This document shows positions 24,601 to 38,445 of a DNA stretch of 64,000 nucleotides, piece by piece. The translations under genes and the position numbers were made by a program. Source of the stretch: the human T2T-CHM13v2.0 reference genome, Homo sapiens. The stretch's first letter is position 1, and each line of letters begins with the position of its first letter. The stretch lies in assembly GCF_009914755.1 (NCBI RefSeq), contig NC_060937.1; one strand, 5' to 3'. The notes under the pieces were generated by a model. The model was given only the letters and a program-made list of their open reading frames with translations, had not been told where the DNA came from and did no database searches.

Positions 24601-24811
24601 ATTAGCAGCAAATTACCATCTTCACAATCACCACGTGTCATCTTATTCAGTAAAGGGAAACCGCTACAAAGATACCTGAAAACACTTTCAGTTCTGCCAT
24701 TCAAGCATTGAGCGCTAGATAGATCAGATGAAACTGTTTTACACAAATTTGGGGGAAAAAAATCTCAGAGTCTCAAAGGGTTAAGCTAGGACTTTGAGTA
24801 AAAGGGTCTTA

Positions 24812-24976
24812 TTAAAAGGGCGAGTTAGGGGAGCGAACAGTCTCGGAGGAGCTTGGGGAGTAGTCTTCCGATTCCGAGTTGAGTTCGGGAGGAGCTGGCT
24901 GCGCCTTGTACCGGCTCCTCACATCCTGGTTGCGTCTTCGTCGGAAAACCTGCCTCTCCTTATCAAGAGCGGTGGT
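24812..24976 (-). CDS. DCLK1: DCLK1 last exon, cassette-skipped frame: [54 protein letters not shown]
   Basis: cctgctag|ACC ACC ... CCC TTT TAA, followed directly by a second TAA. 54 codons plus stop. Confidence 0.96.
24919..24976 (-). CDS. DCLK1: DCLK1 last exon, cassette-included frame: (R)[18 protein letters not shown]
   Basis: Same acceptor read after the AG left by the 74-nt exon. TGA at 24919-24921. Confidence 0.94.
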
Positions 24977-27574
24977 CTAGCAGGGGCATAAAATGAGAAA
25001 GAGGACAATTAGGGCGAGGGAAATGGCAAAACAAACTCTTTCTAGAACTTTCTGAGGTCAGAAAAAATACACTGGCCAAGTTCACCTGTCCATCATGGCA
25101 CACTTTTTGTTGACAGTCACCACTCTCAGGGAGCCCTCTGCTCCCCACAAATCCAGGTCTTTAAGGGACCTGGTCATGACATCTGCAGGCACAGGCAGGA
25201 TGGATGGTGTACTGGGTTTGACCCTTCCCCACTCCTCCCCAGACTTTTGCTAGCTGCACATTTATTTACCCTTGGTGGCTCCTAGGCTAGCCAGAGGACA
25301 CTCCCACCTTCTCTGAAAAGGGGTGCCTGAGTCCTGTGTGTAAAAATGCTCCCTGGGCAACTTCAATTAACATGCAGCTCAGGGTAGCTGCATAATACAG
25401 ATGAAAGGTGATGAAGTTGTCAGTCAGACATGGAAACGGAGCCACGGCTCATCCTGTTCTTTTAGCACCTCCTCACTCTAAATGATCTTATTATCTGTTG
25501 ATGAGGGAGTGTGGCTGAATTTCTGGGAAGGATTGGTTTAATTTTAATGAAACCAATGCCTGAAATTGAACACTGCTTTGAATGCAATTAAACCAAGTGG
25601 AAACCTTCCCACGGATTTCACTTTACAAAGTTCATTTTCATCATAGTATTTGGTAATTTATGAAACTGAGATTCAATTTTGTAGGTATTCCAACTCCCAG
25701 TCTCTATGCCTCAATTTCCTGAGGAGACCTCCGATGATTCCCCGGATGTGTTATCTGCCTGTAGCTCTGGATGTTATCATGACATCAGAATGGGGGACAG
25801 CATGACTTCATCACAGATTTAATGGGTGTGGGGGAAAAATGGGGTCATTACAGAGAAACCTTACACAGAAAGCAGAAGAGTAGGTATGAGGTCTGAAGAA
25901 AAATATAGAACACATATAAAAGTTGAAGGCGTTCTTATTTGAAAATCCCCCTTAAAAAGGATGTAGCCTGGAGGTTATTCTGCTTTTAAGAGATTACTTT
26001 TCTTCTACAGGGATATATGCCACCATTTTTCCTCTTGAAAATTTACTGTTAGCTCCTTCAAAGAACAGAGATAAATTTACAGCCAGCCTGGTTCTGAGAA
26101 CAAAGTGAAAACTAAGCCCCTCATACAATTGCAGTATAGCATTAGGGCAATCTTAGATCTAAAATAGGCCAATCAAAGTTCCAAAATGAAGTAATAAAGA
26201 GATAAAGAGAGGCAGTGTGTAGAACCAGTACAGTAAATGGCTTCGTTAGGCTGAACTGCTCTACTTCAGAAACTATCCACACACTGAATGAACAGGGTTA
26301 CAAACCAATGAGGAAGATAAACTTCAATAATTCACTTCTTGTCTCACTAGATTGTTAATACAATGATTCAGTAACTGGTCTGTTGAAACGTCTACCTTTG
26401 ATTCTTGTTGAATTTTTAAGGATCCTCATATAGTTCTTAGTCTTAAACCTATTGATTTTATGATATTTTCAGTATCATAAACCCAAATTCCTAACTTTAT
26501 TTAAAACATTGTAAAGTTACGACACATGGTATTTTGCTTTCAAAGCAAACTGAAATGTTCTGTTTGTGTAGAGTTGAATGTTTGTAAAAAAAACAGACGT
26601 CTATTTAGTCTGTCTTACATAAAAAGCATTTTGTAGTTAATCCAAAAGTAATATAAACACCTCTTGGCCATAAAAAATCTTTCTATTTCTACCTCCTTGA
26701 GAAAGAAAAAAGTCATTGGCATTGGAATGAATTCTGACTTGTGAACAGAGGCAGTCAGATGTGGGGAAGAAAAGCACATCAGGTTTGTGGTCAGGGATTT
26801 TGCGTCCCACTCTGTCCATTGCTGACCATCCACCCAGGTTTCTCATCTTTTAAATAAGAAGCACCTTTCCACTCTCACAGAGTTGCTGTAGGTAGAAATG
26901 GATGTGCAAATGCTTTCTAAACAGCCAAGACTCCCAGAAATGTAAGGTGTTCTTTTGTTTACAATTTGATGTAAGACACTGTTTTAAAATCAAGTAACTG
27001 CAGGTCATAGAAAAGCAATGTGCACAAAGCTCACATTAGAATTTAACTCAGTACTTTCCCTCTTTCCTTCAGTTTCACTGGCACCTTCTTGATATTTACT
27101 TCATTTCCCCATTATCCACTCAATACTTCACACTCTTGGCTGCAGCCACTGAAATACACCATTCTCCACAAATACTGTAATTCAGTTTATGCAGAAGCTG
27201 GTGGCACTTAATATTGAGCCCATGCTTGGATGGTCCCCTCACGCTCACTTTCACCTTCATTTCTGCAAATCCTTGTAAGAACAATTATATTCTCTTCCTT
27301 ACTTGTCCTGCCTAGAAAGCCCTTCCCCTGTCCCTGTTGAAGTAGTCAGTTCTGGCCACTCCTACAGATTTCCCTACTCAGCAGCTTTCTAAATGTTCAC
27401 CTTTGTAGATAAGACCTCATGCACAAATGCTCCTGAGCTTTCAGGTGCATGGATCCCCAGGATCCTCATGACACGTATTCTTGGAAATATATCACGGTCA
27501 TGGGCATGTGTCATGAGTGGTTCAAGGTTGTCTCTATTGGATTTGCAGACTCTTAAAGTTGAATGAGGGTTTAT

Positions 27575-27690
27575 AAAGCATTTTTGTCCAATGTTCTGTC
27601 TTTACAGGCAGGGAAACTGAGACCTAGGCATGTGGAGAGACTTGCCCATGTGCATTGCTAACTAGGAACAGAACTCAGTCTTCTCCTGTG
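27575..27690. mobile_element. MIR fragment
   Basis: Core tttacag..gggaaactgag..gacttgccca. Confidence 0.65.
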
Positions 27691-28325
27691 CAAAGCCCAA
27701 GCAGTTTCTTCCCATTTACTCTGAAGTTTATTGAAATGATAAATTAAAGTCACTGCACTCCCAGCAGCTCAACCCTTCTCTGTTCCCAGCCAGCATGAGC
27801 TAGGGAAAGACATTGGCCACAGGTAGTATCAAAGACCAAAAGACAGTGGCTTCTCCACATTGATGATCAGAGAAACTTCTCTTTGTAGAGCAGATAGGAT
27901 CCACCATGTACACAATCCCGTGTACACATTCTGAATTTTGATGCTCATAAATTCCTAAGGAGACCTGAGTCTGATGACAGAGGTGCAGTTTTCCACCCCT
28001 CAGGTCCTCATAATATTCTCAAACCAGCATTGAGGATTCCCAACTGACCTGCTCTCAGAGATGTTCCAGAGGGTGTCTCTGACTACAGGTCTCTCCTTCT
28101 GGGCCCCCGCCCACTCTGCTTAGAGAAAGTATTTTAGGAACTTCTTCCTTCTCTGTTTCCATGACAGTCTAGTACCATTATCGTTGTTCATCCTGCCTGC
28201 ACCATAATTGATCCTAATTAACTGTTTTCCCTACCACTTTGTAGACTCTTTGGAGGACCAAGGTCAAGCGTTGGACATCGTCTCTGTGTTTTCCACAGTT
28301 CACAGCACACAGTAGATATTCTACG

Positions 28326-28444
28326 AACTTTGTGGCATTTGAAAGATGGGAAAGTATAATGGAAGTGATCTGTTTCTCTCTCTTCAAAAACTTTGTGGCT
28401 TTTGAGATATGAGAAAGTACAATAGAGGTGATCTGCTTCTCTCT
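28326..28444. repeat. Two-copy tandem duplication, 63-bp period
   Basis: aactttgtggc.tttga.a.at..gaaagta.aat.ga.gtgatctg.ttctctct occurs at 28326 and 28389. Confidence 0.9.
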
Positions 28445-28699
28445 GGAGCACCCACCTTCCGGTCCATTCTGCACACAGCTGTCAGGTCAATTTCTACAAG
28501 GTCCAATTTATTTACAGCTCCTCATAAAGCCCAATTCCTTGTCCCAGCCTTTGCAATGTGCTTCCAATAAAAACTTCCAGGGTGTATACCTATTATTACT
28601 CAAAATGATCCTATGGCATCAGTAGACTCATTGTCTTCCTTTACTGGACACTTGATTTTCAAGCACAGCATCTGTTTACTCTGCCTATGGTTAACTATA

Positions 28700-29190
28700 C
28701 CTTAATTTCCCTTTGCATACCTCCTCACTCCCACATTCCATGATCCTGATGAAGTTGACCCTACTCCTATCTCTGGGAGTAGGGTTGGGGTGGGCTTGTG
28801 ACTCAGGAGTAAGCCTGAGTTTACTGCATTCCCCAATACCCATGAATGGCCCAAGATGGGCACCCGACCCCATCAATAGGACATGGTAAGACTTTTGCTG
28901 GAACTTCACATTTATAATGAATCCCAATTTTGAGAGACTGGCAGGCCTGGAGCTGCTTCTCCCATCCTGGGAACCATGTGAAGTCCAACACTAAAGCCAA
29001 CACAGGGAGGCAGGGTTGGAGGATGTCAAGAAACCAAGCATTAACTGAGTGCTGGATCCATCCATCACTGAACTCAGACTCAACCTGTGAATCTTTCAGG
29101 CTATGTAAAAGAATACATTTCCTTTTTCACTTAAGCCAGTTTGGTTTTGGTTTTCTTCACTTGCCATAAAAACAGTCCAAACTGATGTAT
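28700..29190 (+). mobile_element. MLT1-type (ERVL-MaLR) LTR
   Basis: 3' signature ttaagccagtttggttttggttttc..cacttgc..aaaacagtccaaactgat. Confidence 0.65.
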
Positions 29191-29285
29191 CTCTGAATGT
29201 ACTTTAATCATTCTCACATCTACCTCTTGGTTCAAGGTACTCGCCAACATGAAATTACCTCTCTTTCTCTCTCTGCCCACTCAAA

Positions 29286-29574
<289 letters not shown>

Positions 29575-32500
29575 TGATCAAATTTTACCACCTGTACCAT
29601 ATATTTTCTTCCTAAACTCCTTAGGCAAGAATTGTTTTGACCAAACTTTTGGGAATTAATTGCACACTGACCTTCTATTATTTTTCTTTGCATATTCCCC
29701 AAATACCTTGCCAACTACTCTATGGTAGAATTTGAAACTTCTTTGCATTTTCCAGATGATTAGTAGACTGTGGCACACATATTAAGTGTGTATTAAACAT
29801 TTCTTAGTGAATACGGCATTATTTTAGGGGACTATATACTTTCTGAATAATAACAATAGCAAAAAATAGAATTCAAAGCAACTCCAACACAAAAAAGAAG
29901 TAAAAAGTATTAAGAGTCAATATTTAAGACTATAACTTATGCTTCAAATATGACCAAATTCTTATGTCAGATAAAGTTAAAATTCTCTTATGAATTCACT
30001 CATCCTACAAGCATTTATTGTGGTCTAATTTCTTATCATACTAAACACTGTCATGTATGATGTTTAGAAGTTTGTGGCTACAAAATTAACTTGACTCTAA
30101 AATATATGCAGTTCATCTTTTCCAATTGAATTCTGTAGCCCATATATGCAGTTTGGGACAGATGAAGTTACCAAGGAAATAGCACTGTAGGCTAATATAT
30201 AATTTTTACAAGGTATACTCATAAAACATGTAATCCAATTGAAAATTTCTTCCCCGCCCCTGAAAAAAAAAAAAGCATTTGAAACATAATTTGTTCCTCT
30301 GAAATCCTGCATCACAACTTCAGAGTGTGAGCCCTTTCAACCATTTCTAAAAGGCAGCTTTACTATTTTTTTAGGCAGGGGAGTCCTCAAGAGTCAACTT
30401 GATTTTGTGTGTGTGTGTATGGCTAGCTTTACTCTTTATCAATCACAAAAAAATCCCCAGACATCAAGCAAATAGGGTCTCTTCAGAACGCCTATTTTTG
30501 TAAATTAAGTATGTCCTCAGGTATAGGCTTGAGGCTCCATGAACACTTAAGAGTTCCTAACAGATTTATTATTTTATTAGTTATTTTGTTCACAGTTTGT
30601 AGCTTTGTTGGAACCTACATGAATAGGCTTGCAGTAGAATTCCCAAGTGTTTCCTTAGTAAGTTACCACTTCACTAAGAGATCCTAAGAGACTCTGAAGA
30701 GTGCATTATCACATTTTGGTGCTAATTATCACAGGTTAGAGGTAAGCAAGAAATCTCTTGAGATTCTGGAGTTGACCAGTGGTAACCAAGGATGCAGCTC
30801 TAACCTAGTTACTTCAGATATGTGCACAATAGTGACTGCCATGCTGGGTACTGGGTGAGAGCTGAGTAATGATGGCTTGGGGGAAGCTGGTAAAGAGAGA
30901 ACACATGGTTGATTAAATAAAATGGTATAGAGAAATGGACTAATATAAACCTGCCCTATCCAGAAGAAACACCGCATATTCCTACCACAATCTGTAAGCC
31001 CTGGCTTATCACAAAGCCCTTAGCAGATGCTAGATCAAGTGTGAAAGCAGAGGAACGGTAAAATAATGCCAGCTATCTCAGCAACTCAGGTGGCTGCACA
31101 TGTGGTAGCTGAAAATCTTAGGGAAATCCATCCCCATCGTGTTGGTGCCTGCCGTAACACCAGGCATACATAAATAAAAGACAGTGCTTGCCTATTATCA
31201 GATTTATTCCCATAAAGGATACATCTACTGAATTTGGCCTGTGGCCTCTTCTGTTACAATGAAATGACAGTATCCTCCACATGTGCTCAGATAGTTTAAA
31301 TCCTTCGTTCTGACATTAAATTGGGAAAATCAGTATAAAGACATATGAACTACCCATCTGGTATGTCTAACGTTAAAGGAAAAACATAGCATAGAGGAGG
31401 AAGGTCAGGAATAATCAAGAACATGAATTGAAGCATTAGCTTAGGTTTTGCCGGTCTGAGTCACCCCACGTCTCTATGCTTGTCTTGTCTGGTAGCTTAA
31501 GTTTAATCCCCTTGGAAGCAGCAGTAGGTGGAAGTCAGGAGAATTAGCTTTTTGTCCTAGTTCAGCTAATTATGTGACCTTGGACATGTTTTCTAACCAC
31601 ATCGAGCCCCAATTTCCAGGTCCATAGACTGAAAGGGGGTTATTGTGCATAATCCCTAGGGAAACTTTCACCTATGAAATTCTATGAATATTCTTAATAT
31701 CACCATCAATCTACTTAATGGGTTATGTTTTTCTCTTAGCAAACAATAGGCCTTACAGTCTATGGACCAAACATGTTTCTGTTCCGCAATGCTTGCAGGA
31801 TTCACAAGAGATGTACTCACTTTCATTGTGAGGCAATGGTTTCTGTCATGGCAGTAATTATTGGATTTAAGTAACTGCATTTTTCAGAGGCAAACATTGA
31901 CTGCTTTTCCTTTTTTGCTTTTCTTAATTTATTGCTAGCCATCACATATAGTCTTCATTTCATTAATAAAAGAACATTATTGTGCATTTTGCCTTTTAGC
32001 CCATCCATTATTCATGCTACCTAGGAGACTGAACTGGGGATGCAGCTGCTGGGACATTAATCTCAGGAACCCTTTCTTTTGCTTACCCTTACTCTGTGGG
32101 GACTACATTACGATTTGCTTGTCAGTTTGGAAATGTTTTGCTTGCTAGTAAAATTAAACTGACAAATCGATTGAAATATCCACCCTCCTCATTTTATTGG
32201 GCTTACTCTCAGGCTTATTGCAGTTCTGTTTTGTTTTGCTTTCATATCCTTTTGAGGTCTTGCCAGAAATGACACAGTATCTGAAGACAGGGCATGGCTT
32301 TTCTTAAAGATGACCATCAAAATGGCAAAAGGAGGCCTTCTTGGGATGCAACTGAGTAGCCTTCCAAGCTGCTTACTTTCTTGGCAAGACTATCTTAAAT
32401 ATTATTCCCCATTTTCCTGGGAGAGCTGACCTTATGCTTCTGCACTACTAATCTTAAACATAGGCTTCTCCTGCTGACCTGGTTCTTAATAGAGTCTTAA

Positions 32501-33108
32501 ATTGGCCTAGCTCTGCAGTGGGTTTCTGATGGCCTCCCATCAGACAGTTAAAATTACAGCCAATTGGTGGCGGTTGAGCTCAGGACAAAATTTGTGTGCT
32601 TCCTCTGCCCGACAGCCCCTGATTTTCTTATAGGAGCCCAACCTCAGCGGAATTGCCATGTTTGTTCTCCATCATATCAGTAAACTAAACATGAACCAAA
32701 AGCACAGTCTGCCTTAAGAAAATCTATGAAAATTTAGTGCCTACAAAGCAAGTAAGTCAGGGATAGTTCCTTTAATTGCAGAAACCATTTTAACCTTGCC
32801 AAAAAGCTTAGTCCTGGAGTGCTAAAAGTGGGATGTTATTTTAGAGCATCTCATATGTGATTTGATTGCCCAAACTTTGATGTATCCCAAATTCTTCAAA
32901 AACATGTCTATCCTGAAAAAATCAGTGAAAAAATGGTCCCTTCTTCGGAGAGTTCAATCATTTATTTGTTAACTTAACAAATATTTATTGAAGGCCTCTT
33001 CTACTAGGCAGTGGAGACATAGTTTTTAACAAGCCCTAATCCTGTTCTTGTGGAATTTGCATTTGTACAGATGGTGCCTTTTAATTTAGACATATTTTCC
33101 CCCTAGAA

Positions 33109-33332
33109 AGGGTGTTGGAAAACTCTTCTGGAGAGGGCCAGATAGTTAATACTTTAAGTTGTGCAAGCCACATGTTTCTCTGACTCAACTACTCAACTCT
33201 GCTGCTGTAGGGCAAAGGCAGCCATAGACAGTTTGTAAATGAATGTGTGTGACTGTGTTCCAATAAAACTTTATTTACAAAAAAAGGAAGTGGGCTAGAT
33301 TTGGCCCATTGGCCATAGTTTGCCAAGCCCTG
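33109..33332. mobile_element. MER58A hAT-Charlie MITE
   Basis: gggccagatagt..caactactcaactctgc..gttccaataaaactttatttacaaaa..ccctg, with 8-bp TSD ccctagaa/tcctagag. Confidence 0.88.
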
Positions 33333-33629
33333 TCCTAGAGGATCACATTTTAAACTTATACTTCATCAGAATTTTTGGCTATAGCTACTTCAGGTAAAAC
33401 ATAATGCCGCAAATGCTCACAAGAAATATAAACATATACATTACTGAGCGGTTTACTCTAATCAGAGCATTAAAACAGTTTATGATTCTACTTTAGTAAC
33501 AAATGCCTCTCTCTGGAGAGACATCAGTTTTCTCAGGAAAATCTGTGGAGTGGGTGATTTGCTCTTGGAAGTGAGGGAAACAGAAAGCAAATTTTTTTTT
33601 TTTTAGTTTCTTCTTTGGGCTGGGGTGTG

Positions 33630-33830
33630 TGAAAGCACTTTTGCACAAGCAGCTAATTTAATTCTCACCACAAATTTGGAAGGTGGATAACACTCTTCAC
33701 CTTTTCGTAGGTGTGGAAAATCAGACAGAGAATGTAACTCGCCCAAGGTTACTGCAGGAAATGGGGCGGACTAGATCCAAACCCAGGGCTTCTTGACTCC
33801 AAAGCCACACTCTCTCTGTACACTGGGCTG
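33630..33830. mobile_element. MIR
   Basis: taatttaattctcac..aactcgcccaaggttac..aaacccagg..tgactccaaagcc. Confidence 0.65.
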
Positions 33831-33871
33831 CCAATCTTTAATTAAGTTAATTGAATCTCAATCTCCATGAC

Positions 33872-34162
33872 TTTTTTTTGAGACGGAGATTCGCTCTTGC
33901 TGCCCAGGCTGGAGTGCAGTGGTGTGATCTCGGCTCATTGCATTTCCGCCTCCCGGGCCCAAATGATTCTCCTGCCTCAGCCTCCTGAGTTGCTGGGATT
34001 ACAGGTGCCCACCACCATGCCCAGCTAATTTTTTGTATTTTTAGTAGAGACGGGGTTTCACCATGTTGGCCAGGCTAGTCTTGAACTCCTGACCTTAGGT
34101 GATCCACCCAACTCGGCCTCCCAAAGTGTTGGGATTACAGGTGTGAGCCACCGCGCCCAGCC
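33872..34162 (-). mobile_element. Alu (AluS-like)
   Basis: Full antisense Alu with TSD ctcca(t/a)gact. Confidence 0.95.
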
Positions 34163-36694
34163 TCCAAGACTGTTTAATTTCTAAAAGTGCCATGTGTCTG
34201 ACATATATTTGAGAATTGTTTATTTCAGCCTATGAATACTTACACCCTTTCTTAGCAAAAGGTGTGTTGATACTTATAATTACGTTCTTTATGTATGATT
34301 TCCTGTGCATTTATACCTCATAAAGCCTCTATCCTCTCAATGAACCTCACTAAGGAGCATTCACAAAGTATGGCAGGAATGAATATGTAGAAAAGAGCAT
34401 AGATGTTTACTTTTAAGTCAAAATGAGGGAAAGAGATTCTGAGGCAAGGGCAGAATAAATATGATACTACACAATTTTCAGTCAATCTAGAATCATCAGG
34501 AATCTTAGGAAAATGTTAAAATCTCTCTTCAGTTTACACTCAATGATTAAGACTTGGAATGCCATGACATTTTCTCATTTTTAGTAATAAGTAAGCTAAA
34601 TTTTAAAAAGACTTATATGTCATTGGAATCCTCTCTTAAGGGGCCTCTGAAAACAAAATAAAAGAAAATAAAACCTCAGTGAGCAACCTGTTTGAGTTGG
34701 GAAATGTAATGCAGATGTTTCACCATTCCCATGTTCTTTCCAATGACCCTTGGTGACCTTCACGCCACAACAGGCATAGTATCACTCATCTTTTGAGCCT
34801 ATGGCCTAATAGCTCATGCTTGGGTACAAGGTACAACTGCAAGACCAATCCTAACTACTTTCCTGAGACTTCTCTCTAATCACAGTTTGAGTGGTTTTGA
34901 AGTTTAAATCTATGACTTTTCGATGTGTTAAACTGAATCCCCCAAATTCTGTGTTACAGAGGGAGCCTCTGGAGTGGGTGGAGCATCTGCCCTGGCTGCC
35001 AACCATGCTCTGGCTGTCCCCGGGGACAGCGTTCTCACTCTGCAGAGCAAAGCCAGGACAACTAGCCACCGAGCAACCTGCAATGCATTGCAACTTGCTG
35101 TGTACATTTGGCTGCTTCTGGCCGAGGCGGGCCCTACATCCCTTCTCACACCACACGGAGGTTCCTCCCTGGCTTCCAGGGGAACAGTTTTCTCAAACCT
35201 GCACGGAGCAAGATGCGTTTAACTGACCCCATTCCTTTTAACAACCGAGCATGACAGCGCGGCCATCACCGCTCTGCCTCATTACTCACTGTTTCAGGAC
35301 GGTGCTTGAATCCAATATGCACATTTTAGTCACATCTTGCCTGAGAACTCAACCACCCTTTTGTCCTAGCTCACCTCCCCATTTTATCTTATTTCTCATG
35401 TTTAGCTTATGTCTTGTTTTGATATTTGTTTTATTTAATCGGGTTACCCAGTTCTAGCTGTTGCCCTGTTCTGTGTGCTGAAGGTGCAGGATTCTTCTCC
35501 ATGTGTTACAGGGCATAGCACTTGCCATGGTGACAGCTTCACTTGGGAAGGTAGAAATGTGTGTGACAGCGTCCCCTTTGAATAAGGATGCATTTCCAGG
35601 AAGGGGAAAATATAACGGGATGCAAATGTTCTCCAGTGGCTTGCAGCAGGGGGAAATGGTGGCTTCTTAGGTCAGGAGAGTGTGCAATAGCCCAGTGAGC
35701 TCACACCTGGGGCAGCGTCCTCCCTGGACTCTGGGTGACAGGAGCAAAGTCTCCTGGATGCGTGGGTCAAGTGAAGGATGCTGCTCCCTTGGAAGCAGCT
35801 CTCTGGTATGAGGCTGGAGAATGGAGAGAAAGGGGAAAACAAATCCCCACTATTTGTCTACAATCACCAAAAAGCCAGTTAAGAGAGACAGACCAATTCT
35901 GGGCACCCTGAGGAGATGGTTTTCCCAGCCTGTGCCCTCATGTGATCTGCTTTACAAAAAGCAAGCGCGACTCCCAAGTGTTCGGCTTACAGCAGTAAAA
36001 ACAGCCATGAGCGCTTTAAACACAACAATTGGGAGCAGGGATGCTCGCCTGTAATGATTGTTTGTGTTAGAAAGTTGGCTGCCACCATGGTTAGACAAAT
36101 GCTCCCACTTCTGCGGAGATAAAAGGCAAGCACTCGCAATCAGTAAGGAGAGCGTGTACGTTCTGGGGCTAAATGGCATTATAAAACTTCCTAATTAAGC
36201 ATATATGCCGATGAGTTTTTAGCATCATTTCTCCAATTTAGCTTTACATACTGGGTGCACTGTTCAGTACAGCACTAACTATAAACATTGTTGTTACTGC
36301 CCCAGCTGGAAAACAGAGCACTTTATGTGCGCAAGAAAAAAGAGATTATCTCCCATCTGCTCCTGCCCATTATTCAGGGATGTGTCATTTTGTCTGCTGA
36401 TGGGAACCATCACTAGGATTTTAGTTAAATGGCCTTTTTATAGTTGGCTACGTTTATTAATTATTGTGTTTACTTGGGGTTTAGTTCCCATCCTTAATCC
36501 TACAAATTTAGTAATTTAATTTTCCAGAGGTTTTTGAAATTAGATGACTTTATATGTGTAATTTTTATAACACAAATATGCACAACTATAATTAGATATA
36601 CTTGATGCCTATTTTTAATTGTATATTAACTTTACACATATATATCTGGTTAATATTCCTGACATTAGGAGACATATAATTTAAAAAGGATGGA

Positions 36695-36945
36695 GCATGG
36701 TGTGATTCGATTTCTATAGAGTACAAAACCAGCCAAAGCTAATTAATGTGGCTGGACTCTAGGGTCAGTGTTTACCCTCGAGGTGAAGTGACCCCTCCTG
36801 GAAGGGAGCCCCTGGGGTGCTAGGAATGTTCTGTGCCTGATCTGGGTGCTGCCTACAGGGGCATGTTCAGTTTGTGAAAATTTATAGAGATGTGCATTCC
36901 TGATAGGTGCACTCTTCTGGAAGTATATATTCTTTCAGGTAAAAG
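36695..36945 (+). mobile_element. L1ME-like 3' fragment
   Basis: ggaatgttctgt..tgatctgggtg..gttcagtttgtgaaaattt 3'-UTR signature. Confidence 0.6.
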
Positions 36946-37350
36946 TAAAAGATGGATGAATCCTCTTCTGTGTTACAAAGTCAAAAAAGAAGGGTCTGCA
37001 CAAAGGCAGATTATGATTAACTCACCCTTCTCCCTCCAAAATAAGGTCAAAAATTAAGTTCTTTCTACATCCATAAGGCCAATTATGTAGGTAAATTAAA
37101 TAAATGAATGTGCAACTCCTACATGCATTATAAATGGAGAAGACACAAATAGCCTTCTATGTCAAAATGACCTTAGAAAATTTTATTGAGCTTTGGGTGT
37201 TTTCTTGCTTTAAACAGATTTGGAAATGATCATGATTTTAGTATATCTGAATCATTTGTCAAGGTATGCCCCTTTCTGCTTTCCTATGTACTATGTTTTG
37301 AGTGTCTGATTATAGAAAAATAACCAGGAGTAACAATTGGGGCTAAAATC

Positions 37351-37445
37351 ATATATATATATTATATATATATATACACACACATACACATTATGTATAA
37401 CATATATACTTTATATGTGCATATATACACACATACATATATATT
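37351..37445. repeat. (TA)n/(CA)n low-complexity repeat
   Basis: Directly visible. Confidence 0.9.
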
Positions 37446-38445
37446 TTAATTTTTTGGTAAAACTTTGCAGTCTAACCATGAAACAACATCAGGCAGCTAC
37501 TGTCTTACTACAGATAGGCTCCACAGTTTGGAAAAAACAAATGCCAAAACCAGTGGAATTTTTTTTTTTTCAAATACTAAGATGTGGAGTGTTACCTGGA
37601 GATCACTTCAGAAACATTAAGATGGCGAAAACAGCCTCCCTAGAATTTCTCAGAGTTCATTTCTCAAACCATCAAAAACCATCCTGCTTGTGGATAACTT
37701 AAAGAGACACAAACAATGCCCCTTGAAGGAAATGCCAGGGCAGTTGACTGGAATAGAAAACGATTGGATAGAATTCTTAACCCAGTTTTAAAAAAATCGA
37801 TACCTCCCATAATCCCTTTTGCTTGAGCAGATAAGCCAGCTAAATAATCTGACAGTTACAAGATATTGAAAAATAAATTCATGCAATAGCTAATACATAG
37901 AGGGATTTCCAGGGGGAAGAGGGAACAATAAAACAAAAACAAAACAAAAAGGTGGAGAATTTGAAAACACAAGCTTACCAACACACACAATGCATTCTAT
38001 AGCCCATTGTACTTTGAGGCGCTTCTACTACTAAGGTGTAAATGCATTGTTATCCATCTAATCAGGTCAAGGTTGGGCTTGATGACTTTAAAATGACAGT
38101 ATATACTTCTATAGAACACACACTAGCGTGCTATTGTTCTTCCATTTGTTAAGGGACAGAAGAGCACTGGAAATCATTGTTTTAATTAGCAACGTCAGGA
38201 AAATGCTTTGGCATTAGCACTAAATATACTGTCCTTTTAACCATAAGGAAAATTGATACTGAGCATGTGCAATGGAAAGAAAGCTGGCAAATGTCAGTGT
38301 GAATAATGGGTGAAAAAAAGGAATGAGGGGGTGTGGCATCTCAATCAAGATTAAAATGAAACTGATAAAGCAGCATATGGACTGGATAACAAATCAAAAG
38401 CATGTTTATCCACCGAAGGAACTGGTTAATGGAGACTGCCAGCAC

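Larger units (their letters stand above)
18925..24811 (-). other. DCLK1: DCLK1 3' UTR (~5.9 kb, long form)
   Basis: Follows the stop codon. No recognisable interspersed repeats, unlike the flanks. AU-rich, with miRNA seeds and poly(A) signals. Confidence 0.8.

Noticed and set aside
26811-26827. REST/RE1-like CTGTCCATTGCTGA
   Set aside because: Half-site spacing is non-canonical and it lies in MIR-like sequence.
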